DNA from: the human T2T-CHM13v2.0 reference genome, Homo sapiens
DNA: 64,000 nucleotides
Reading direction: 5' to 3' (one strand)
Assembly (NCBI RefSeq): GCF_009914755.1
Contig: NC_060928.1
Shown here in pieces: positions 42,488-56,461 of the stretch. Under the pieces are notes generated by a model. That model had not been told where the DNA came from. It saw nothing but the letters and a program-made list of their open reading frames with translations, and made no database searches. The position numbers were made by a program, and so were the translations under genes. Positions within the stretch are counted from its first letter, which is position 1, and every line of letters starts with the position of its first letter.

Positions 42488-42772
42488 TAATTGTTTCCCT
42501 TTATCCACTGAAACCTCAGTTTCAGCCACAGTACGGTACAATAAGGTATTTTGACAGAGAGAGAGAGGAGAAATGAGATACCACATTACTGAAGTATGTG
42601 ATAATTGTTCCATTTTATTGTTAATCTATTACTGGGATTAATTTCTAAATTAAACTTTCTCATAGTGTGTATGCATAGGAAAAGATATAGAATATATAGG
42701 GGTGGGTACTATTCATGGTTTCAAGCATCCACTGGGGGTCCTGGAATGTATCCCACCAGGAAAAATGCTATA
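42488..42772 (+). mobile_element. MER44 (TcMar-Tigger) DNA transposon fossil
   Basis: GTACAATAAGGTATTTTGA, AAATTAAACTTT, GGTTTCAAGCATCCACTGGGGGTCCTGGAA. Confidence 0.8.
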
Positions 42773-42889
42773 CAATTACTATTGCTACTACTACTCATAG
42801 GAACAAATTCCCAAACACCTTCTATATGGTTGGCGGTGAAACATGAGTTATACTCAAAATTTTTATCTCTAAAACTCAAAACAAAACAG

Positions 42890-43030
42890 GAAAGTAGTTA
42901 TAAATATGTTGTAGATGAGGGACCTGAGAGTCATTAGGATTAAGGGGCTTGTCCAAGGCCCGACATTTATGGAGTGGCCAAACCAGATCAGATCCCATGA
43001 ATCTGTATCTTCTTGATGCCACAGCTTTAA
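42890..43030 (-). mobile_element. MIR core fragment
   Basis: GTAGATGAGGGACCTGAG...TTAAGGGGCTTGTCCAAGG. Confidence 0.55.
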
Positions 43031-43987
43031 TTAAAGGCATCATTAGGTTGCACATTGTAGAGCAGTCAGCTACAGTTAGCTGTTATGACTTCACAGTGAC
43101 AAGAGGGGATTTAAATCGAAGCCAAAGCCATTAAGTAAGATATATGAACAAGTTTTGCCACAAAAAGCCCCTTCATCAAAGATTATTATGATAGTTTATG
43201 TAATATTTCTCTGAGATTTTTTAAACGGAGAGCCCTTTATTTTGGATAATTCTCAGACTGAGTCTGGCTAGAGAGAGGGAAATTGAATACATCAATAATG
43301 TTCTTTCCCCTCTCTGTCACTTCCGTCTTGCCTTTCATGAATTGATTAGGGGTGATGTTGGAGAGACTCAGATTTGAATTGCTTGATAAAGAAGATCAAG
43401 ATCCTCACTGAGGAATTTGGATTTGGTTTCCTTAGGAATAGATATGCTATAGATTCAAGGGAATGATCATTTTAGAGCCAAATGGACCAGGCATCCTCTA
43501 TTATGCCCTAACGGTACTACCTCCTAATTCTGAGACAATCTTTTAGTACCTCCTACATTATGATCCACTCAGATGTCCCAATGATGTTTAATGTCACCAT
43601 GTTGTATCCAAGTAGTGTTTCTTTATTATAGTAAATATTCCATTAGACCCAGAAATGTTATCCTTCTCTAATAGTTCTACTAATTTTGAGAACTGATATT
43701 ATCTTTTTGAGATCACAATTTAGGGCATCGTTAACGATACGGCAGTCTCTGTTGACAGTGATATTCAGGGAACAGAACTCACAGAACTTCCTCCCTGCAG
43801 TCAGAACAATCCCATTGGAGGCGTAAGTGGCTCCACCCATGAATTTTGGAGCCCTGTAGGCTGAGCTACTTGAAGCGTAGAATACAGAGGCATTAGATGC
43901 TGACACACATAGAGTTTTCCATTTTGATAGAATTTTGTCTTTCTTTTTAAAATTGGTTCTGTTCCAACTTCACAGGCTCTTTAAAAA

Positions 43988-44258
43988 TTTTTTAAATTTT
44001 TACTTTTTGTGAGTACATAGGTAAATATCTTTATGGGTTACATGAGATATTTTGATACAGGCATACAATGTGTAATAATCACATCAGGATAAATGGAGTA
44101 TGCATCACCTAAACATTTATCATTTCTTTATGTTATAAGCATTCCAATTATACCTTTTTAATTATTTTTAAATGGAAAATTAAATTATTTTTGACTATAG
44201 TCACCCTGCTGTGCTAGCAAATACTAGGTCTTATTCATTCTTTCTATTTTTTTTTTTT
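43988..44258 (-). mobile_element. L1MA2/3 3' end
   Basis: TACATGAGATATTTTGATACAGGCAT...AATAATCACATC...GACTATAGTCACCCTG...CAAATACTAGGTCTTATTCATTC. Confidence 0.88.
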
Positions 44259-44885
44259 CTCCACAGGATTTTTGAGAGGTTACAAATACTTCTATGTCTT
44301 CAACAGGGAAATTCACATTTTCCTGAATTGTATAGAGCATTGACTTTTTAATTTTGAACTTCTTAGAATTGGGAGAATTATTCACTTCATTTTGGTATGA
44401 TCATGGTAACTCATTTTGTTACATCACAATCAGAGTGAGTGTAGCTTTCTTGAAAAGTACTCTTACTTGTAAATGTTGCTTGGCTATCACTTTTGTTATT
44501 TTCTTTTCTTAAATAGGCCTAAATGCCACAAAATTACAAAATTAACCTTCATTAATTTTTTTAAAACATTTATAAAAATTATACCATCTCGGGATTTCCT
44601 TAGAATGTACTTTTCACGTCATTGGGGAAATTTGATAAAAACACAATTTCAGGCCTGGAAAATATTTTGGGGGACCGGACTCCAGTTCCTAATAGTTGCT
44701 GGTGGGTTCACTACAATTTTAAGTTGGCAAGCTACTTAACATTTTAAGACTCACTTTTGTACCCAGCACTCTGTCTAGCACATATTTGACACCCAACACC
44801 TAGCATGTAGTGAATGCCCAATAGTTATTTCTATTATTTCTAAAATTATATTATTTCCTGTAGGCAACTCTATCCCTGAGAGTTA

Positions 44886-45270
<385 letters not shown>

Positions 45271-45519
45271 TCATTGATATTTTCAAAGTACAGAATCATT
45301 TAGTCCAACTTCCTCAATTTAGGAGTGATGTGTTTGAGTTCCGGGAAGTGCGATTAGATATGATTATGGTCCGAGAAATCAATCTTGTTCTATGCCATTC
45401 AGCTAAAGAGCAGTGCATGTAATCCAGGCTGTACTACTTTGTGTATTGGTGCCGGCTCTTAGGTTAAGTTTTTAATGGAACATTTTCATGATTTTAAAAA
45501 TGTATTAGTAAAAGTACTA

Positions 45520-45740
45520 ATGGTATTTGTCAAAATGCAGACTCTGTGACAGTATCTGTTCTAAGTGATTTATTTCTATTTCCTCATATAATCCTCAGGG
45601 CAATCATATGAGTAGGAAAAGTGTAATTCCTGTTTATAATGATGAGGACACAAGGTTATAGAGAGCATCTTTCCTACCTTTGTAAATCCAAACCTGAATC
45701 TTCTTCTAGAATCCATGGGATTAGTGTCTGACCATCCTAC
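45520..45740 (-). mobile_element. MIR
   Basis: CTGTTCTAAGTG...TAATCCTCA...GATGAGGACAC. Confidence 0.6.
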
Positions 45741-46154
45741 CTCCCTCATTAATAATGATGATTGTCATCAGATAGCATCGGTCATTGACATTTCATTTCT
45801 TTCAGTTCTAGACATTCTAAAATTACCTCATTAATATAGTGTCATTGACAAGTATTGAATATTTTGGATGTTTTTGATTAAAAGACTGACAGATCACTTT
45901 TCTTTTTTTCATAACTTAGAAGAAAATTGTTTTATTTCTTGACATTAATTTATATTTGTATATTTTACTTATTACCTCAAGTTATGTACCCTTATATAGA
46001 TATCATTGTGAATATTTTGATATCATCAGAATAGAAATTATTACTTTAAATCTTCAATACTTTAAAAATTATATTTCTTTTTTAAATGGAAAATAATCTC
46101 ATTATTTAAAAATGTACTACTGATTAATATAAATTACCACGTTTCTTCAAGTTT

Positions 46155-48075
46155 CATTTTTTAATAGACTATATATATAGTCTATCTATATTTAGAGACA
46201 GGGTCTTGCTCTGTCACCCAGGCTGGAGTGCAGTGGTGCAATCACAGCTCACTGTAACCTTGTACTTCTGGGCTCAAGCCATCCTCCTGCCTCAGCCTCT
46301 TAAGTAGTTAGGACTACAGGCATGTGCCACCAGGCCCAGCTAATTTTTAAATTTTTTTGTAGAGATGGGGTCTGCGTTTCCCAGCTGGTCTCAAACTTCC
46401 AGATTCAAGTGATTCTCCTGCCTCAGCCTCCCAAAGTGCTGGGATTTCAGGCATGAGCCACTGTGCCCACTGTGTCCTATATTTTTAGTAGTTTTAGGTT
46501 CACAGAAAAATTGAATGGAAGAAATGGAGATTTTCCATATACCCCTGCCTTCACACATGCAGAGCCTCCCCGATTATCAACATTGCCCACCAGAGTAATA
46601 GATTTGTTGCAATGCACCTACAATAGTACATCATTGTCACCCAAAGTCTTTTCATTAGCCTTCACTCTTGGTGTTATATATTCTATGGGTCTGAACAAAG
46701 ATATAATGCCATGTGTCCACCATTACAGTGTCATACTGAGTAGATTCACAGCCCTAAAAATCCCGTCTTCCACCTATTCACCCCTCTCTCCCTGCAACTT
46801 TTGGCAATCACTGATTATTTCACTGTCTTGTCAGAATGTCATGTGGTTGGAATCACACACTGTGTAGACTTTCCAGATGAGTTTCTTTCACTTATTAATA
46901 AATACTTAAAGCTCCTTCATGTCTTTTCACGGTTTCATAGAGCATTTTTAACAAAAGTTTTTAGTAGTATTCCAGTGGCTGCGGAAGTACCATGTCCATT
47001 TACGCATTTACCTACTGAAGGGCATCTTAATGGCCTCCCAGTTTCGGCAATTATGAATAAGGCCGCTATAAACCTCAGTGTACATGTATGAACATAAGTT
47101 TTCAGCTCCTTTGGGAAGGGGAGTATCACTGCTGGGTTGTATGGTAAAGATTTATTTGGTTTTGTTAGAAACTAGTCTCCTATCTTTCAAAGTGGCTGAT
47201 CCATTCTGCATTCCACCAGCACTGAGAGTTCTTGTTGCTGCACATGCTTCCCAGCATTTGGTGTTGTCGGTGTTCCAGATTTTGGCCATTCCAGTAGGTG
47301 TGTAGTGGTATCTTGTTGTTTTATTGTTATTGTTGTTTCAGTTTGCATTTCCCTGATAACATACGATATTGAGCATCTTTTCATATGCTTATTTGCCATC
47401 TCGATATCTTCTTTGGTGAGGTGTCTTTTAAGGTCTTTGGCCCATTTTTTAATCAAGTTTCTTTTGTCTTACTGTTGTGTATTACTAATTATTTGCATAT
47501 TTTGGATAACTCCTGTATTAGATATATCTTTGGCAAATATCATCTCCCAGTCTGTGGCTTGTCTTTTTATTCTCTTCACAGTGTCTTCTGGAGAGCCTAC
47601 ATTTTTACCTTTAGTGAAATGCAGTTTACCAATTCTTTCAATCCTAGATTTTGCCTTTGTTATTTATCTAAAAAGTCATCACCAAACCTAAGGTCATCTA
47701 GATTTTCTCCTATGTTATTTTCTATAGTTTTTCATTTTACACTGAGGTCTGAATTCCATTTTTAGTCAGTTTTTGTGAAGAATGTGAGGTCTATTTCTAG
47801 ATACTTTTTTTTTGCATGTGGATGTTCAGTTGTTACAGCACCATTTATTTAAAAGACTATTTTCGCTCCATTGTATTGCCTTTGCTTCTTTGTCAAAGAT
47901 CAGTTGAATATATTTCTGTGGATCTATTTCTAGGATCTCTGTTCTGTTCCATTTATCTATTTGTCTACTACTTCACCAATACCACACTGTCTTGATTACT
48001 GTAGCTTTATAGTAAGTCTTAAAGGAAGGTAGTATTAGTGCTCCAACTTTGTTCCTCTCTTTTAATATTATGTTA
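46155..48075 (-). mobile_element. L1MC1 3' fragment (~1.6 kb) with AluJ inserted near its 3' tip
   Basis: TTTTAGGTTCACAG, CCATATACCCCTG, CACCTATTCA; degenerate ORF2 C-terminal peptides in ORFs 46935..47129 and 47187..47456 ([27 protein letters not shown]). Confidence 0.9.
46190..46470 (-). mobile_element. AluJ
   Basis: GAGACAGGGTCTTGCTC, AATCACAGCTCACTG, GGGCTCAAGCCATCCTCC. Confidence 0.92.
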
Positions 48076-48309
48076 AACTTTTATTTTTTAATGACCAATC
48101 TCGACATTTATTTCATTAGAGAAAAGCAGCTTTTATAGTACTATGAAACATATATTCCAAAGTTCATATTGCTTTCCATTGAAGTATAATTTTCTTGAAT
48201 TTGAATAGTCAACATTAGATATACATTCTCATTTTTTCATATTGTAAAAATCCATATAATTTCCTACTTTGACATCTATTAAAATAAAAAACATTAAAAA
48301 GCAAACATC

Positions 48310-49035
48310 TACCTAAAAAAAAATTGAACTACCCTATGATATAGAGATCTCACTACTGAGTATATATCCAAAAGAAATGTAACAGTACTTAAAGAGATAT
48401 CTGCATTCTCATGTTGATTGCAACATTCACAATAGCCAAGAAATGGAATCAACTTGTGTCTATCAACAGATGAGTGGATAAAGAAAATGTGGTGTATATA
48501 CACAGTGGAAAACTATTCAGCCATAAAAAGCATGGCGTCCTGTCATTTTCAACAATATAGATGAACCTGGAAGACATTATATTAAGTGAAATACACCGGA
48601 TGCAGAAACTCAAATATCACACAATCTCACTCATATGTGGAAACTAAAAAGTTAATCTCTTGGAAGTAGAGAATAGAAGAGTGGTTACCAGAGCCCGGGG
48701 AGGGCAAAAGAGGGGGTAATGAGGAGAGATTGGTCAACAGGTAAAAAGTTACAATTAGATGGGAGGAACAATTTCTGATGTCCTATTGAACACTAGGGTG
48801 ACTAGTTAACAACAATGCACTGAATATTTTAAAATACCTAGGGGAGAGGATTTTTAATGTTCTTACTACAAAGAAATGATACATGTTTTAGTTGATGTTT
48901 ATCCTGATTTGACCATTACACAAAGTATACATGTATAGAGGTGTTGACCCTAATTTGGTCACTGTACAATGTATACATGTATAGAAACATCACATTGTAC
49001 CCCATAAGTATGTGCAATTGTGTCAATTAAAAAAT
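48310..49035 (+). mobile_element. L1MA6/7 3' fragment
   Basis: CACAATAGCCAAG, GGATAAAGAAAATGTGG, GTGGTTACCAGAG, AGGGTGACTA, AAACATCACATTGTACCCCATAA. Confidence 0.9.
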
Positions 49036-49093
49036 ATACTTATAAAATTATATTAATGTAAAAGTGACCCTTCTTTATAGAGATTACAAATAA

Positions 49094-49370
49094 TTTTTTT
49101 TTGAGAAGTTTCGCTCTTGTTGCCCAGGCTGGAGCTCAATGGCACTGTCTTGGGTCACTGCTACCTCTGCCTCCTGGGTTCAAGCAATTCTCCTGCCTCA
49201 GCCTTCTGAGTAGCTGGAATTACAGGTGCCCAGAACCATGCCTGGCTAATTTTTTGTATTTTTAGTAGAGACGGGGTTTCACTATGTTGACCAGGCTGGC
49301 CTCAAACTCCTGACCTTCACGTCATTCACCTTGCTCAGCTTCCCAAGTGCTGGGATTACCATCCCTGGCC
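49094..49370 (-). mobile_element. AluSq/Sg-like
   Basis: TTTCGCTCTTGTTGCCCAGG; deletion near 5' end; degenerate TSD ATTACAAATAAT / ATTAAAAAATAAC. Confidence 0.92.
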
Positions 49371-50144
49371 ATTAAAAAATAACTTTAGTGACCAAATGTA
49401 ATTATTCCTTATTGATTCCAATGAATCAGTAAAAACTTCATGCCATTTTCAGGACTTAATTTTTAAAACATTTTAAAAATGATTATTTTAATTTTAACTT
49501 TATGGAGAAGTAGAGGAAAAATATACTTATTTATACCTTAAATGGGGATACTGATTTCTGTCTTGTGTGTAGGAAATATTATAGATTTCTTGTTTTGTGT
49601 ATTTCAAATGTTGTTATAATACCAAATTTGAAATAATAAAAAACATGGTTGATTATCTTCAGATGCACTACAAGTAGCTCTACCTTTAATGTAACGTATT
49701 TTTCAAACTTCAAAACTAATTAATGTGTCTCCAATTAAAACAATCTAAAGGTAAAAGTATCCTTTATTTAAAACAAACGAACTTGCTAGTGTTTTCTTGG
49801 TGTCTTTGCACTTCTTTGTGGCTTGACACTTACCCATAAGACTTACAATGAAAATTTAAAGAGAACTGGGCATCTCACCCAGATTTGCATCCAAGTTCCT
49901 CAAGGTTGAATATGGCTACTCTCAGATGACCCCTCTTAAATTATAAGACTATTGTGACAAATATTGTTTGATCATGCTTTGGATACCATTTATAAAATAT
50001 ATGTAATATGAACCTCTGAGTTTGTAAATTCAGGATTCTCCTTAAATACTAATTACCATTTTCCAATGCTTATTTAGAGTTGAAATGTGTGACCTAAGAA
50101 TTGATATTGTACAAAAAACAGCAATCAGAAAAGTAACAAGATAA

Positions 50145-50509
<365 letters not shown>

Positions 50510-50778
50510 TAGAAGAAAAAAAACCTATTCTATTGTTAAATATATTGGATAGATTTGATCCCTGCACTCTCAGTTGAGGTAACTGCATTCTGTTCATGCC
50601 CGCTTTCTGTGTGTGTTGGATAAGGAGCACACCCGTTTATTTTTTGTGTTTTAGCAGCTGAGCACAGGGGAGGCATTTGGTGAATGTAGGAATTAGGAAA
50701 GAAGGTAAGAAGAAAGAGTGGAAGAGCCAAGAAAAGGAGTAAAGAGAACATGATGTTAGCTAAACAAGAAATATCACC

Positions 50779-51056
50779 TTTTTTTTGAGATGAAGGCTCA
50801 CTCTGTCACCCAGGCTGGAGTGCAGTGGCGAGATCTCAGCTCACCACAACCTCCGCCTCCCGATTCTCCTGCCTCAGCCTCCCGAGTAGCTGGGATTACA
50901 GGCATGCGCCACCACGCCCAGCTAATTTTTGTATTTTTAGCAGAACAGGGTTTCTCCATGTTGGTCAGGCTGATCTCGTACTTCTGGCCTCAGGTGATCC
51001 GCCACCTTTGCCTCTCAAAATGCTGGGATTATGGGCATAAACCACCACGCCCGGCC
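50779..51056 (-). mobile_element. AluSp with ~10-bp internal deletion
   Basis: TTTCTCCATGTTGGTCAGG and GCATGCGCC Sp diagnostics; GGGTTCAAGC missing; TSD AATA(T/C)CAC. Confidence 0.92.
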
Positions 51057-51744
51057 AATACCACACATTCTTATCGAAATGCTATTATTTTACATGTACT
51101 CTTTTTAGCAGGAGAGAGGCCCTATTCTCTGAGATTTCTTATTAATGATGCTAAGGCCAAAACGATGTAGTTTGGGATTAGGAGAAGGAACTGATTAAAT
51201 GAAAAAATAGATTACATGTCCCCAAAACAAGCAGGAAATATTATTAGTGTGAAAGATTTGTAAGAATTCAAATAAAGAAACCCAGAAAGGGATGATAAAA
51301 TAACTTAGTAGGTTATGGAAAATGTTAAAAGGATGATAAATGACAGCCTAGGATAACAAAGTAATATGTTAACGGGGAAAAAATGTTGAGAAGTGATTCT
51401 GAACTAAAGGAGCACGGAGCACTTGAAGCTATGGATTCTCTGCGGTAGCTAGCAGCTATGTCTCTCATCTGGCGAGGCCTTTCTTTGTGGCTTGCCCTTT
51501 CAAAGTGCCACCTAGGCACCCCACTGCAAAACAGAGTGGTGGCACTGGGGTTCCCCTTTTTCCATCTACTGGGGAGAGTCAATGGATTACCTCTTCTGAG
51601 CATCTCATATCATGCCCTTCCCATAGCCTAAGGCCACCACTCCTTACAGATGTATTTTGCCCTCTTTGTCCTATGATCCAGATTAACTGAACTGTAGGAA
51701 AATATGGCTGGTGTTCTCTCCTCCTCCTTGAGAGTTACCAAAAC

Positions 51745-51962
51745 CAGGGCATTCCAACCACAACACTATTGGCATTTCGGACTGGATCATGTTTTGGGCG
51801 TGGAGGGTAAGGCTGTCTTCTGTATTATAGAATCTTTGGCAGCCTCTCTGGCCCCGTCCACTGGATGTGATTAGTACACCCCCGGTGCTGATGCTGAACA
51901 ATGTGACCAGACACTGCCAAAGTTTCCCTGGGGTAAAAATTACCCCTGGTTGAGAACAACTG
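51745..51962 (-). mobile_element. MER20 hAT-Charlie MITE, full length
   Basis: ~218 bp; CACTATTGGCATTT...CCAGACACTGCCAAA...CCTGGTTGAGAACAACTG terminus. Confidence 0.88.
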
Positions 51963-53405
51963 TCCTAGATAAAGATTATGCTTATTTTCCCTCTTCATCC
52001 AATACCATGCTTTGATTTATTTTCCAGTGTATTTGCTGGGCTTGCCCTGATTCATTCTCTCACTTGAACCACAGGAAAGAATTCCAGGGTAGTTTAGTTC
52101 TTCATTGTGGAACCAACCAGTCCCAAAGGGGGTTGAACAAATTACTTTGGCCTCATCAGCATAAAAATATTTCATAGGATTTTTAACTGTCATTGCACAC
52201 CACAGAAAAGGGTTAATAATCCAATAGTTAAACACAGAACATGTGGTCAAAATGTAATGACGTAGTAGTAAAAATATAGTTGAAAATTATAGAAGATATG
52301 TTGTTTTTCACTGAAATCATATGGGAAAATATTGGTTAAAAACATGAAGAATTTTTTTTGGCTTTATTCTATCAACCACATAGTTATTTCCAGCAAACCT
52401 TGCCTTTGAAAATGACTATACAAAGAACATTGTCAAAATCTGGAAGTTTTTTTTCTGTTTCCCATAATGGGATATTGTAGAAAATGAACATTAGGGATTA
52501 CATTCCTAATCCACTCCCCAGTCAATGGTGCAACATGGGACTGCGTAATGTACGCACTTTCATGCAGTCTATTTTAAGCACCCAAGTTTGATGATAAAGA
52601 AGTTAATGTGGTTTCCAGTAGTGCCTAACATACCCTCAGGGAGTAGCTCACGCTGGGAGAACCTGGCTCATTATGGATTATTTTGTAGCATCAGTCATGC
52701 TATGAGATGACAAGGCTTTATAAGACAAATATTGTGGATCAATCTTCAGAGGCTAGCACTACATGCAGCCAAAAATCCTCAATGGCAGAACAAAACTGAA
52801 AGCCCTTAATGAATTCTGTTACCGTGGCAGCATACTGTCAAATTATGCACTAATAGCAAAAGAGCTAGAAAACCACACCAAGAAACCAGCATGCCTTTTG
52901 GCAAGCCAGAAATCAGGATCTGGTGCTGAACTTCCAAACATTCTAAAGAAGAGAATTAACATTAGAGTAAGCCAAAATCTTGTGCATACTCTCCAGGTAT
53001 TTGGGTGTGAATCCTAGAGTAGCTATTTGAATGTTTTTTTTCTTTTTTCGTTTCTTTTTTTCTTCCAAATGTAATTAGATGTTAGTGGATTTAACAATAA
53101 AAGACATGCCAAAAGGATAATGACTGTCCTTGGGACCAGAGTCATATTTTAAGGAAAAGAGTTCTACTTTAAGCATCAATTCCCATGCTATATTAACCTC
53201 TGTAGTTTATGAAAATTATTCCAGGATGTGGAAGAATTTTAAGGCAATTCACATACAGGAAGGGTGACCAAATGTCCTCGATTTTTTAGGAACAAGCCTG
53301 TATTTTAAAATTTTTTCCATTGGAATATAACCGTATTAAAATCATTCTCAAACTGAATCATGTTGAAAATCACCTAACATATCAGAAAATCAGGTTTAAA
53401 TATCT

Positions 53406-53424
53406 ACACACACACACACACACA
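53406..53424. repeat. (AC)9 microsatellite
   Basis: Direct read. Confidence 0.9.
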
Positions 53425-54913
53425 AAGCATCTGGAAGAATGAAGATATACAAGTTGTCTGTAAAGTTTCATTTATCTGTAGTATGTTTCTCTTAAGCATC
53501 TGTTTCAGGGTTGTGTTTCCCAACCAGTTTCCTAAAGTTTTGGAATATACTTTGCAAATTTTGCCTAAAACCCAGCTCTTTCCTTTATTTTTCCTCAAGT
53601 TCTCTACATTGTTTCTTCTCTTGTATTTCCCCTTTTTTTCCCCAGCAAACTTACAGCTTCTCATATTTCTTCTCCCTGTGTTTTGAAATGAAAAAGTATG
53701 GAAATGCAGAAGTGGATTTCAGACTTTGCTCCCTGAAAACCTCAAGGTTTCATCGAGGTGGCTTCTGAAACCACAGGTTGGGAGGGAATATGTAGAGAGG
53801 AAAGGGCAGGGCCCTAGGGCCTCCATTCCAACTTCCATGACAGCGATTTTCAAATAATACATCATTTAATGAAATATTTTTATAACTTCAAATAGCTCAA
53901 CAATAATAGCTCAACACAATGTTATCAAGTAGAGTGTGCCTCTGTAGGGTATTTGACCAAAGGAAAAGCAGTCCTTTAGTGAAAAATAGAAGTATAGAGA
54001 ATGTTGAAGAACTTCACTGTAGGGGGTGTTTTATTTCATGATTACTCTTCCTTTAACCACCCTGAGTACAATCTAAATCTAAAAATCAGGAACTACCTAT
54101 TTCCTCCCATTTAATAGTAGCTTCTACTCTCCGAATACCTCTAGCAAGATGGAACACCTTATACTGCCTTAACAGCAGCCAAGCACGGGTGGTACTAGAG
54201 TATTTCCATGGAGTAGGAAGATATTTTTAATTACAAAAATACTAAAGATGTAATTATATAGTGAAGCTAAGAATCTAAAATTTATCTGAAATGATATCTC
54301 TAGTGTCCCAAAGAAAGACTATATATCTCAGGAATTTCTATAGCTAGAAATAGTTTTTATGGAGAGAAATAAGGTGTCTTTTAAGATATTTTAACTTGAT
54401 ATAGCTTCATTTTCACTTAAAAGTTATACTTTTTATGTATTAGATAAAAATTTAATTATAAAATTAAAAAATATTATAACAATAGATTTTAAAGAGTTGT
54501 CCTACATTAATAAAAATGAAGTTTGGGACTCATAGGAAATATTGTCAAAATGCTAACATTTTGGTAAAGAGCAGAAGTCAATGACTATTAATTTTTATTC
54601 AAGTCCTTTAAGTTTAATCGCAAAATAATGACCATTTAATAGCTTTTTGAATAAGAGGCTTCATGATAAAGAAACCAACTAAGTTATTATTTACCTTGGG
54701 ATCTCTTTCTTGAGCAAATAACTCTTAAACTCTAAAATCTGGTATTATTTTGCCTGTAACATGAAAGACTACTTCTTAAATTTATTATAGAAATTTTAAA
54801 ACATTTTATTTTCTTTTAAAAATATTGATTTCTTCAAATCCAAGTTGCGTGATTTAAAAATTAGCATAGTAGATAAATGTATAAAATATTTTAGGTTACA
54901 CTACATCAGCAGA

Positions 54914-55170
54914 TTATTTTTGTTGTTGAGACAGAGTCTCACTTTGTTGCTTAGGCTGGAGTGCAGTGGCATGGTCTTGGCTCTTTGCCACCAAGGTTCA
55001 AACCATTATCATTGCTCAGCCTCCAGAGTAGCTGGGATTACAACTGCACACAACCATGTCCGGCTAATTCTTGTGTTTTTAGTAGAGACAAGATTTCGCC
55101 TCCTGGCCTCAAGTGATCTTTGTGCCACCCAAAGTGTTGCAGTTATAGGCGTTAGTCTCTGTGTCCTGCC
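54914..55170 (-). mobile_element. Old Alu (J/S) with multiple internal deletions
   Basis: GAGACAGAGTCTCAC...AGGCTGGAGTGCAGTGGC...GTAGCTGGGATTACA...CTCCTGGCCTCAAGTGATC. Confidence 0.88.
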
Positions 55171-56406
55171 AATGCTGTCAGATTTTGATTACCGAACCGC
55201 CCCCCCCAAAAAAAGAAGACTGTTAAAACAAAATAACATGGTTCCAATTCTGAATTAAATACTTCCTTTTCTATTGTATAAAGTAGAATATATTTTGGCC
55301 TGATGTACCTTTTAAAACTGTTTGAAACAGATTACTGGAAAAAGATTTCAATCGCTGCCTTGTGCTCTTAACATTAGCTGGGAGAGGAACAGAAATTAAA
55401 ATGAATAGAGATAAAATGAAAATGCACAATTACGATGAAATAATATTTCTGTCCAAATCAAGCCTTAATATAATTAGAGCATGTTTTAGATATTTTCATA
55501 CAAATAAATACATCTCTTAAGAGTAAACATTTGTTTTATTAAAGCATAGTTTCAGATGATTTTATTTGTGATTTTAGATGTCTAATGCAAGCCATGTTGT
55601 TGCTTTCTGCATTTGGTACATTACAACCATAAAAAGTCAAATTAGCATTTAGGAAATAATTCAAGAAAAGGATTCCTCCAATAATATTTGCCCCATTGAG
55701 CTGGGTAATTCTTGTAAATTGGTCTTTTGGCCTGAGTGATTTAGATAATTACTTAAGTTCTCTATTTCAGGTTGAATATTCAGATACTACTCAACATCAA
55801 ACACATGACAAATGGTTTATTTTTTCTTCAGAAAATTGATCAAATATTGAGTGAAATAATGTACTTGACCTGTATATTGCAGCACATGTTTTCTAATTCT
55901 TCAAAAATAGTAAAAATAGTGTCTCTAATTTGATTAGATCTAATTAGATTTTGATTAGTTATTTTTTTTCTCTTGCTTATTTTCAAGTTTGATGAATTAA
56001 GAAAGATTTGTTGAAGCAAAGACAATTTTGGATAAACATTAAATCATAAATCTCTAATGAGAATGGAACTAAAACTTCTTTATCCCCTCAATATAAACCA
56101 ATGATCAGGTTATTTATAAACATTATTGGGAAAAAAATGCATTCTTTTTTCCAAATAAGATATTTTTGTTTTTCTGTAATTTAAATTTTCTTTTTTTTCT
56201 CAGTAGTATTTAGTATTTTTAATTTCTGATGTACATTGAGAAATAATTTTCACTGCCTTTTATAGTTTTTAATTTATGAAAATAAAACCACGATAATACA
56301 GTTTTAATACTTATTTATGAACATAAAAGAATCTTATTAGCTATTGTAATTTAGACTTTATTGTATTTTAAATTAACCTATTCATGTTTTTGTGACTTTT
56401 TAACAG

Positions 56407-56461
56407 GCAGTAAATTCAAGATGTTGTGGTGGATGTAGATTTTTGCTGCAAGGAAATAACA
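56407..56461 (+). other. Candidate 55-nt internal exon (probably 5'UTR/non-coding) of an unidentified plus-strand gene
   Basis: T-rich tract ending TTTTTAACAG acceptor, branch-like TTAAC upstream, donor ACA/GTAAGT; lies in a ~2.7-kb stretch with no recognisable repeats. Confidence 0.5.

Noticed and set aside
45339-45347. STAT motif TTCCGGGAA (also TTCCTGGAA at 12783)
   Set aside because: Isolated 9-mers, the first within a probable MIR remnant; no supporting context
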